This document shows, in pieces, positions 12,301 to 21,900 of a DNA stretch of 29,389 bases (positions are counted from its first letter, which is position 1; each line of letters starts with the position of its first letter). The position numbers were made by a program, and so were the translations under genes. The stretch comes from Macrostomum lignano (lineage: Eukaryota). The notes under the pieces were generated by a model that saw only the letters and a program-made list of their open reading frames with translations, searched no databases and was not told the DNA's origin. The stretch covers positions 62,863-92,251 of the forward strand of contig NIVC01003538.1 of NCBI GenBank assembly GCA_002269645.1, written 5' to 3'.

Positions 12301-12669
12301 CGTCGCGGCGTCGGCCTCGGCGGCATCGTTGTCGACGCCGCCGGTATTGACGCCGGGCAGCAGCAGCCGGATGTCGACGCGACGACAGCCGAGGCCGCCG
12401 ATTCCACTGTCGGCCGGGGCCGCCGGAAGAGCCGCGCCGATTCGCAGTTTCGCTTCCACGCCGACGATGACAAGCTTCGCGGCAAGCAGCCGGCGACGGC
12501 GGCCGGCGAGGACAACGACGTGACGTCCGGGTTCGGCGAGGGAAAAACCGGCGCTGTTGGCGGCGGCGCTGAACCTATGGAAGGCTTCGACTGGGTGTCA
12601 CCAGAGCTGCTACTGCTGCCGCTGACTGTCGGTCTGAGTCTGGACGATGCCGAAGATCCGGCCAGGTGA
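9314..12669 (+). CDS. AGC-family Ser/Thr kinase-like gene, possibly pseudokinase or pseudogene; join(9314..9654,10173..10285,10989..11149,12062..12669), -1 shift at 9527-9529
   Basis: DFEKVRRLGLGKYARVYV (subdomain I), FAMK (II), RERDLL (III), PFIVNLMCTFQ (IV), RTYCGTLSYMSPE (VIII), DIWSLG (IX), DQRP (XI), AGC tail LDW..PPYQP and EGFDWV. Donors GTGAGT 9655 and GTGAGC 11150; acceptors end 10172, 10988 and 12061; phases consistent (408 codons including stop). Exon 2 is uncertain: weak GTGCCC donor, no HRD or DFG. Confidence 0.75.
9690..10006 (-). mobile_element. tRNA-derived SINE-like element in kinase intron 1
   Basis: Minus strand begins GGAGGCCGTATCCAAGTGG (A-box-like) .. GGCTCGATTCC (B-box-like), then about 240 nt of body and an A-rich tail (AATCAAAATAATAAAAA). 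The acceptor stem does not pair, so it is not a tRNA gene. Confidence 0.6.
10013..10142 (+). repeat. Degenerate short tandem repeat (TTCCCAGCT..ACAGCGGGG)
   Basis: About 6 imperfect copies of GGGGTTCCCAGC/TACAG. Confidence 0.65.
10286..10684 (+). repeat. 20-21 bp minisatellite (TCAACTGAATTGGCGCCCCC[C]), about 19 copies
   Basis: Direct reading; unit length varies with the C run; variant CTAAAGTGGCACCCC. Confidence 0.95.
11176..11961 (+). repeat. 25-bp minisatellite (AATGTGTGCTGTCACTCCAGTCCCC), about 31 copies, kinase intron 3
   Basis: Direct reading. The unit has no stop in any + frame, giving the 25-aa (3 x 25 bp) periodic ORFs. Confidence 0.97.
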
Positions 12670-12740
12670 CTAGTTGGACGTTGCTGTTGTTGGGATTCAC
12701 ACATTTATCAAATTTTCTTTCTCACTACTAGCAGTAGAAT

Positions 12741-12746
12741 AATAAA
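12741..12746 (+). promoter_or_regulatory. Candidate polyadenylation signal of the kinase-like gene
   Basis: AATAAA about 70 nt after the TGA stop at 12667-12669. Confidence 0.45.
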
Positions 12747-13507
12747 TTCGAAACTGAGAAAGGTAAAAACTTCACTAGTAATATTTGGATTAGCAATTAA
12801 ATTGCTATATTTAACTACTGATGTTGCTACTGTAAGTAGAGTGGTGGCAATACAGCATTGCAGGGCTAATAATATTTACTGGTTCTTAATAAAAATCGGG
12901 ATGTTAAGCAAACTTACAGCAGATTTAATACATGTGATAATTCAAACCCAACCTCATCGTTCCCTTCCCTACTGGTACGCGTCTCGCTTGCGACAGAAGA
13001 TTATCTTTTCTTGCAATGTACTATTAAATACTCGCATGCATCCGTATGTGCGAATTATTTATCATATTATACCTAATTGTAGTTGCTTAATAGACAGCCA
13101 GAGTCTAATTTGCTTATAGCTCACTCATGCGCCCTCCGCCCTGTCGCCCTCCCTGGATTCATTTTACTCAACTTTTTTCCGTCTTTTTAAACTACCTATA
13201 TTTGCTTGCTTTTTGTGCTGCCGTTTTAGTTTAAACTTTCATGTTGGTATAATTGAAAAAAATGAACTTTTATCCACGGCCTCATTCCTTTGGCCGTTTA
13301 TTTTCCGATCCGCAACGGCTTGCCAACGTAAAAACTTGTCGGCTATGTTTTGCTTTTGTTGATTGCTAATTGCTTGTTTTTCTCTGAGCTTCAATTTTTT
13401 CTTTAGCGTCGTTGTGCTCCTGTGTTTTAAGGCTTCGACTTTAAAAAAAGTTTTTATCAATTACTCTAGATTTTATCTCGTATTAACTACATGCTTAAAA
13501 GTTGTTC

Positions 13508-13866
13508 TCTTCCTACCCTAGCAAGTCTCAACCCCTCCGAATGTACACCCGTTCCCTTCCTACCCAAGCCAGCCTCAGCCCCTCCGAATGTACACCCGTT
13601 CCCTTCCTACCCTAGCCAGCCTCAACCCCTCCGAATGTACACCCGTTCCCTTCCTACCCTGGCCAGCCTCAACCCCTCCGAATGTACACCCGTTCCGTTC
13701 CTACCCTGGCCAGCCTCAACCTCTCCGAATGTTCACCCGTCCCCTTCCTCCACTGGCCAGCCTCAACCCCCCCGAATGTACTCTCGTTCCCTTCCTACCC
13801 TGGCCAGCCTTAACCCCCCCCCCCGCCGAATGTACACTCGTCCCCTTCCTACCCCTGCCAACCTAG
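13508..13866 (+). repeat. 47-bp minisatellite, about 7.5 copies
   Basis: GTTCCCTTCCTACCCTAGCCAGCCTCAACCCCTCCGAATGTACACCC; unit starts at 13551 and 13598. Confidence 0.93.
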
Positions 13867-14691
13867 AAAATACGCACGTAATCTCGCACTAAAACCTTAG
13901 CAAGCTTCTTTATATTAATAAACCCTGGCGATATTAACCGCCCCATTTTTCTCCATCCCAGACTTCCCAGTTGCTTTGTTTTTTCTCTGCGCATCCTTCC
14001 AATCTTTCAGCATGAACAAATACGAGTATGCGATAGAATTGCAAAGCTGACAAGTGATCTCAAAAGTGCAAAAAAGCCACCACCCCAAGACAGCGGAACA
14101 TTGGAGTTTATTAACCATTTGCTTTATTTTTATTTAGATATATTCGGGGCAATATTTTTCTAGTATCATCCAACAAATTAATAGCCTACTGCGCTTTTTA
14201 GACTACTGCTGTTATTCATTAACAAAGTAGTACAAAGTTTCAGTTCTACACTAGTAAATATCCAGCGCGCTACTCTTGCTCAAACTGTTATTTTTATCTG
14301 AGATTGAAAGCGCCACATGCCTCCTTTGCTCGCTAAAAAGTGAACGGAAACTCGACTAAAAAGATGCGACTGCAACTTCCCCTATCTTTGGGTCCTTTGA
14401 TTTTTATTTCCGTTTGGTCATTTACGATCCGCCGGCTTTTACCTGCTGACATTTGGTGCGAAACACAAAAACATTAACAAGCCCAGCGTATTCTAATTGC
14501 GGCACAACATTATTTGCAAATTAAATATTTTTCTTTGCTTCTGCTTTGGTTGAATTTTATTTTCAGAAATACACAAATATAATGCGGTATCCAGCGTGCT
14601 TATTGTCCTGGCTGGATACTCCACAGTTTATTTCCTAACATTTTATGTAAATTTGCCATTTTTGCTTTTTAGTTTCTGACAAAGTTGAGGC

Positions 14692-14977
14692 TTTTCAGGT
14701 GTTCATGGACTTGTGACCCAATAGTTCCAGTCCAGATATGGGCTTTCAGTTGCCCATGGACTTGTGGCCCTAATAACTCCAGTCCAGACAGGGGGCCTTC
14801 AGGTGTCCATGAACTTGTTACCCTAATAACTCCAGTCCAGATAGGGAGCCTTTGAGGTGTCCATGAACTTGTGACCCTAATAATTCCAGTCCAGGTAGGG
14901 GCTTTCAGGTGTCAATGGACTTGTGGCCCTAATAATTCCAGTCCAGATTTGGGGGTTTCAGGTGTCCATGGACTTGC
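14692..14977 (+). repeat. 51-53 bp minisatellite, about 5.5 copies
   Basis: TTCAGGTGTCCATGGACTTGTGGCCCTAATAACTCCAGTCCAGATAGGGG; unit starts at 14694, 14745 and 14798. Confidence 0.92.
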
Positions 14978-15337
14978 AGTCGAATTCGATTTAAAAAAGT
15001 GCACATGTTACTCGTACTTTGACTGTGTCTTCTGTTATCCGAAAATAGTAGAGCCATGGAACAATCCAGAACAAGTTTATAGAACAGGCTTGAGCTTTGA
15101 GTCAGTCAGTTGAGTGCAGTAGCACTTCTGAGCCTATCAGCTATAAGGCTTATCTCGCAATACTCGATAATATCAGAACTATGGCTAACTATATTTTGAC
15201 TAACGCAGAATGGCCAGGCGAACTTTGATAATGATTGAACTAATGTTGAAGCGGTGGCGCAGAGCAGTCACGGACCTCTGATGAATGCTTTCATTAGCTC
15301 CTAGATAATTGCCGCTTTGATGCCTGTTTTTCTAGAC

Positions 15338-15568
15338 CAGAGGTCGTCAAATTTTGTGGAGAGAAAAGGGAATAGAACATAGAAGATGAGAGGAGAAATG
15401 GGATGAGAGAGGCGGGGAGAGAATAAATAGAGATGAGAATGAGAAGAGACAAATATCGAGCGGGCCGGATTACTATTGGGACAGTTTCACAGGACCGGGT
15501 GGGCCAGGGCCGGATAGAGATGCTTCGTGGGCCGCAAGTGGCCCGCAGGCCGGAGTTGGCCAGCCCTC
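15338..15568. mobile_element. hAT-type MITE, family shared with 19488-20015
   Basis: Left end CAGAGGTCGTCAAA, right end GGCCCGCAGGCCGGAGTTGGCCAGCCCTC; flanks TTCTAGAC / TTCTATGT fit the hAT nTCTAGAn target; GA-rich core. Confidence 0.68.
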
Positions 15569-15867
15569 TTCTATGTTTGAATGGCGGCCCTTTTACATTT
15601 GAAATGGTGTCTTTTTTATGTTTGGCATCATGTTCTTAGACGAAAAATTTACTGGAAATTCGCCTGGCGCACATCGGGCAAATGGAACTATATTTAGACA
15701 CGTGTACTGCGGTGACCGCGTACATTGCTCCCCTGCCTGCTGTGCACGCAGTAAGACTTAATTCTCAGTTTCAACGCGATGCGCGTATAAAATGAGTTTT
15801 CGGTTTGTTTCGCCTTAAATCCAACTAACTGACGACACAAGCAGCTGTCAAGTCGCCGACAGAGTGC

Positions 15868-15918
15868 ATGGGCAAGCGAAAAGTAAATCGAGGTGGCTTC
15901 AGTGCTCGCCATGCAGCG
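15868..15918 (+). CDS. ZNFX1: ZNFX1-like gene, putative coding exon 1 (MGKRKVNRGGFSARHAA)
   Basis: ATG 15868, GTGAGC donor at 15919, phase 0. Joins in frame to LSQSKRLRIDEDAP at 17328. Short, so less certain than the other exons. Confidence 0.55.
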
Positions 15919-18900
15919 GTGAGCCTCTTTGATGTTTGATGTCTACATCTACAAGTATTCTAGAATGCGACCCTAATAATTCGGCCCTTAAACCAGTAAT
16001 ACATGCAATTTTAGTCCAGGTATATAGGGGGCTTCCATGCAGGTGTCCATGGAAATGTACCGAGGGTAATTGGGGGCATTCATCACAGATATAAAAGCAG
16101 AAGTTTAGTGGGAATTCGAATTTTCTATGGTTCATAGAGGGGGCCTAGCCCTGGCAACTTGTCTAGGCCCCCTCCCTCCCCGCCATGAGAGAAGTGTTAC
16201 AGGAAACGAACGGTACCTGCATTTGACTGTTTGACTGCAACTGTGGCTGTCTAATTTTCTGACATCAGCGACAAGCGGGGATCGGGTGTTTGGGTTCCTA
16301 AATCCAGGGACCAGTTTTTGTTTTTCTACAAAAAGTGTTGTAAATGAACTAATTGGACCCAAAAGTAGTTTACTATGTGTACGAGTACATATACTGCGCT
16401 AATTTTCGTAAATTGCCTTACATCGCGTGGCATCTTTATAAACCCAAGTGAAAACGAAACTTGGTATTGGTTGGTAGTTGCTAGTATTTGATGCTGTATG
16501 AGAGTGAGAGTAGATAGTCTCAATAGGGTCAATTTAGAGCTTTAGAAACTTCAATACTTAATACTTTTTTTTGCAATTTTCTACTCTACTATCTACATTC
16601 GACAGATAAACATACAGTACACGAAACATACTTTGATTATTGATCAGTTGAATTAATATATTATTGCATTCAATATTGCATTGCATTGTATATTGTATTA
16701 ATATAATATGCATTCAAATTAAAAATGTCATCGATGAGTTCAGGCTTCCTACCTTTCCGGTTTTCCTTCGGCGCCATTTCCATTTTGAACTTCGTCACAA
16801 AGATAATGCTGTTTTTCATACAAATAGATCAATAACTCTATAGCAATCAAAAGTGGAAGCAAAAAAATCGTTTTGCGAATATTTGGGCTTAAAATTTCAA
16901 CTCAGAAGCTTTAAAATCAGTATTTTTCTGATTCCGGGATTGAATCCCGGGATCCTGGGATCGCAAAAAACGGGATTTTGCAATCCGTAGCCATGGAGCT
17001 GGGGCCAGAGCAGCTCAACGGCAAACGTGCGCTAGGACTTCTAGTGGTCCTTGGCCTGACGATCAGAAAGAATGTGCCCAGGAGTCAGCGGAATGGGCAG
17101 ATAATTTCCGTCAGTGCTGATTGCGGAACGATGTCGTCGAATGCGTTGCGCCAGGCCAGGGTGCTCACAGCCCTCTTGCAACTATTATTAAGCGACATGG
17201 GACTTGACTCAAAAATCGTCAAAGTACCGCACCCAGAAGTCGATCGTAACTAAAAATTTACTACAGCCTAAAGCATACAGAAGTACAGGTTCTTGACCTT
17301 ACCTTTCAAATTCTCCCCTATTCGCAGCTGTCGCAGAGCAAGCGACTTCGAATCGACGAAGATGCACCGTGTCAGTCCACCAGGAGCTCGACACCGCCAT
17401 CCATGGTGCATCGTCTTGGCCCCAAACTCGTGGCGCCGCCGAGTACGTCATCGCGAGCTGACGAGCCGTTAAATTTGTTATCACCGTCGCCTCCATCGCG
17501 TTCCCCATTGTTGGCACCGGGCTCAGACTCGCCACAGGTACCGCACTCGCTAACTGCCATGCCATCGCAGTCGAGCTCAAACCAGCAACGCCACGGACAA
17601 CCACAGCAAGTTGGTGCCGCGACAAGAAAAGCTTCGATGCTGCGACCGACCTTGCAGGCGCGCCGCGGACGCAGATCCGCGCACCATCTGAGACCAGACC
17701 GTCGCAGCTCGCAGTTCGGGAGTTCGCATCCGCCAGGCTTGCCATCGGAATCGAACTCGTTTTTTAAGGGGCCTCAAAATCGAATTTCTCTCCCTTTTGG
17801 CCGTCGTAGCTTTCAAAGAGGCTGCAAAGTCAATCCAGTCGCGCGAGTGGACGTCAGCAACGCCAAGGCTGCCCTCACAGCGTGGACGTCAGAAGGCTCT
17901 GGCGAGGTTGTTGTTCTCGTCCAGCCACCAGATACGAGCGTTGCTTTTCCAGTGACGCGTGAAAAACATCTCGTCAAGCGGGAAGTCGGCTACGGATCTC
18001 TTGAGCCGAAAGTGCAGGACCAGCTGCAGCTCAGTCTTCAAAATGTCTGGACGACGGCGAGGCAGGCAGCGAAGGCGACAGTGCAAACGGGTACCGGATC
18101 CAGATGGACAGCATCCGTCTGTATCGTCTGTCGCAGCGCAGCCCAGCTGAGTGGCTGAAATTCGTTGACGCAACGTGTCGCCACCTGAAGGACTCGGGCT
18201 GCAACGCCAGTGTCGATGACCTCGGCAATCTGGAAGTCGTCTGGGGTCGGCTGCTGATGGTCGACTTTGTCGGCAGCGACTTCGGTGCTGCGCTAAGCAG
18301 CGCCATTGGTCGATTTCTGCTGACGTTGCAGCGCCTCTGCCGTCGGTTCCACCGATGCGACTGGGACTCGACTTTCGACTGGGTCATCGACAAGCTGATG
18401 CAGCCCGACTGCCTGAGGCGGCTCATGACACCGCTGATGGAGGCGGCTACGATGACTAGAGGAATTACAGAGGCCCCAGAAACTGATGCGACTGAGGCGC
18501 GGCCTGAGACGACCCCGGAGCTGGTGTCTCAGCATGATGTGATCGAGGCTTCAGCTGAGACTGCTCATGCTGATGCTTTGGCAGACGATACAGGTAGATT
18601 CCCATATATTGTAGACAGAATCAGCTAGCAAACTTTTTTACCGCAAGGGCTTGATAAAGAATCTTCATGAAATCTGCCTGTTTCACTGATGCAGCGATGT
18701 CAACAGAAGAGCAGCCAGAGACTAATGAGGAGCCGGAGCTGATGTCTCAGCATGATGGTGCGATCGAGGATTCAACTGAGGCTACTAAAGCTTTACCAGA
18801 TGACACAGGTGAGTCTCATTCTTAGTAGCATTTTTAATTAAATTTATCAACTGTTTTAAGGGATTTTGACTAATTACGAGCTAAAATTGTCCATTTGTGC

Positions 18901-21900
18901 GGAACTTTGTCAAGAATATTATCAATTTCGTTCAGTTTTAACTTCTGTCAGCTCGAGGCAAAACAGTCAATATTTTTTCTTCCACCCAGCTGCTGCTTCT
19001 GCTGCTCACCAGCTGTTCAGCGACCTGGCCAGGCTGATGTGCGCCAGAGACGCCTCCGTGCTTCACCGGGAGCTGCTGCCACTGGTGCAGGCCCTTGGAA
19101 CTGAAGCGGAACCTCTGAACCAGCGTCAGGAGCGCCGCTATCGCCTGCTGCTGTCGGAGATGCTGACCATCAGCGTGGAGCTGCAGCGTCGTCAGGAATT
19201 CGCCTCAAAAACTGCCTGCAGCATCCTGCCAAGCAGCGAGGAGCTGACGGTTGAGCCATTCGCTGACGTCTGGCTGACGGGTCTGCGGCCAGCACTGGAG
19301 ACTGGAGCCTACAGCTCCACTGAGGAGTACGTCGCTACAATGTTCAAGTAAGTTTTCACGGGGTGATGTGTGACACGGAGTACTAGTACTTATCCATATC
19401 GATGTGCACACAGTCACTTCGCAACGTTGAAAAGAAGCAAGAGGGAAAATCAAAGCGGACGCAGAAGAAAAGGAACAAACACTAAGACTGAAGTCGGCAA
19501 ACTCCGGCCCGCGGCCCACATGCGGCCCACAAAGCCTCTCTATCCGGCCCTCTGTTCCTTTGAAACTGCACAATAGCAATCCGGCCCGCTAAGCTTTGTC
19601 TCTTCTTAGCTCTCTTGACTCTTCTCTCTCTCTCCTTGATTCTCAATTTTCTCCCTCCTTCCACTCTCCTCTCCCCCTTTTCCCTCTTCCTCTCTCCTCT
19701 CTCCTCTTCTCTCCTCTCTTCTATCTCTTCATCTTATCGTCTTCTATTCTCTCTTTTTCCACTCTCATGTAGCTCGTGTAAGCTGGATTCTTTATTTGGC
19801 CTTTGAGGGTAAAAGGTTTGCCGACCTAAGAGCACTAAGAAAAGGGACAGGAGAAGGGAGAGAAGAGGAGGGTAGAGAATAGGAGAGAAGGGAGCTGAGA
19901 AGAGACACAAACCTTGAGCGGGCCGGATTGCTATTGTGCAGTTTCAATGGATGGAGAGGCTTTGCGGACCGAGCCGCATGTGATGTGACCCTCGGGCCGG
20001 AGTTTTCGATTCCTGCCCTATGGGGACGAATTTTCAACTCGCCGAAAATTTATATCGACGAAATCACATTTGATCTCTATTCTCTGATCTCTGAAAATAG
20101 TGTAATTTCAATATTGCGATGTTTTCTAGTTTACTAGAGTTTACCAGAATTTCAGCAAAGTGGGGACTCCAATGCAGACACGGAAATTTCTCTTAAAAAC
20201 TTTTCCCGGTCTTTAATCATTCAAATAATTCATTGCTAATAAACTTATCGTTCCAGTCTTCTGCGAGCGGACTGCTTCGACACGTTCCACAGCTGCATGG
20301 AGCAGGTGAAGTCCGGCCGGTTGTCCGATGACGCGGGCATTCGCTCTACCTAAATGTCAAGGTAGTCGCGGTGAAAGCTGTCACCAGAGGCGCTGCGCTC
20401 CGCATCGCGATCACCTTCGACCTACCGGCCAGCGACAAGGGACCCTCCGACTGGTCCAAGTCGTCTCGTCTGATGCACGGCAACCTCCTCTGCCTGTCGC
20501 TGGACGAAAAGTTCACTAAGCACTTCTGGGCCATCGTAGTCGAAAAGCGACAGGAAGAGCTGAACAAGAAGGAGCGGCTGGTCTGGATCCAACCGTGCAG
20601 GCCAGACGGGTCCGGAGTGTCGTTGGTGAGGCCCTCGTCAGCATGCTGGTGAACTCGACGGCCGCCTCATCAGGAATGCTGATGCTGGAGTCGCCAACAA
20701 TGTACAAATCTTTTCAGCCGGTCCTGGCGAGCCTGAAGAGTCTGTCAGCGGACAGTGTGCCCTTCTCCGATGTGCTCGCCTACGCAAAGGTTGAGTCCGC
20801 TAGCACCCAGCCGGACTTTGTTACCAGGTACTACGACAGTGAGCATCTAGACAGTGAAATAAGCTCGCCAGACGCACTAAAGAAACAATTACCATTTATC
20901 AAGCATTCTGATGGGTTTTCTCTGGACCACTGCCAGACAGAGGCATTTGCCAACGCGCTGCACAGGAAGGTGTACGTCTGCCAAGGACCACCAGGCACTG
21001 GCAAGACTCTGCTGGGAATTCTCATCGCTAAGCAGCTGCTGAAGTTGGACACTCTCAAGGGTAAACCGCTGCTAGTGCTCTGCTACAAGAATCATGCGTT
21101 GGACGAGTTTCTGACCAAACTGCTTCCGGAGTATGGTGACCACATGGTGCGAGTCGGAGGTCGATCGCAAGACTATCGACTGGACAACATTAGCCTGCGA
21201 ACGCTGAAGAATAACATAAAAGTACGCAGGCCAGTACACGGCTTGCTTGACGAGCTGCGCGCGACTTGGATGGAGTTACAGATTTGTCTGGAGTTCCTGG
21301 ACAAAATGTTTGAGTCGCCCGAAGCAGCAATACTGAATGCCTGCGACTATGGACAGCTGTACGAAATTGTGCACTGTCGGAAAAATGCTGGCGACCACTA
21401 TGTTCGCAATGCTCGTGGCGTCTTCAGTCGATTCAGCCTAACGAACTTTACAAAGAAATATACAGTTCAGACGAAAACAAAGAGCTGTTCAAAGTATGCC
21501 TCAGATCTTGCTTTTCTAACCTGAACCACCAACTGAATGAGCGGAAACCGTGCAAGTCAAAGGTGCAGTTTCGAGTGAAACAAAAAGTACAGGACTGCAG
21601 TTCCAAACCAAATATCGAAACCAACGAACCTGGAAACGCAGCAAACGATGAGGACGATATTGAGGAGATCCGGGAGCGCGAGGATCATTTGGGGATGACT
21701 GCTCAAGGCGATGACTACAGTACGGGCAATGATATGCGCTTTGATGCTCGCTTCATCAGGCAGTCTGAGCTGTACCTGGACAGCAGCATTGGACAGTTCA
21801 GCCAGACAGACTTCATGCAACGACTTCTTTCAAGGCCTCCAACGCGACTGGATGCAACAGAGCAGTGGCTGTTCTATCAATGCGCCCTCAACAAGGTTTG

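Noticed and set aside
12016-12704. Minus-strand and alternate-frame ORFs over the kinase last exon
   Set aside because: Shadows of GC-rich coding sequence with no motifs or splice support. The same applies to the shadow ORFs across 17299-18535 and 20346-25073.
15231-15281. C/D box snoRNA (ATGATTG..CTGA)
   Set aside because: Imperfect C box, no terminal stem, short, and no recognisable guide.
16748-16790. Minus-strand first exon ATGGAAATGGCGCCGAAGGAAAACCGGAAAG/GTAGG with YY1- and ETS-like motifs
   Set aside because: No downstream minus-strand exon found to join; it lies inside ZNFX1-like intron 1; too short to support.
16925-16990. GGGATT/AATCCC-rich palindromic cluster resembling a MITE end
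   Set aside because: No matching opposite terminus or TSD could be fixed.
21375-21390. Programmed -1 ribosomal frameshifting as the explanation for the broken frames
   Set aside because: CGG AAA AAT is not a canonical X XXY YYZ site, the other sites have no slippery heptamer, and four serial shifts would give negligible product.
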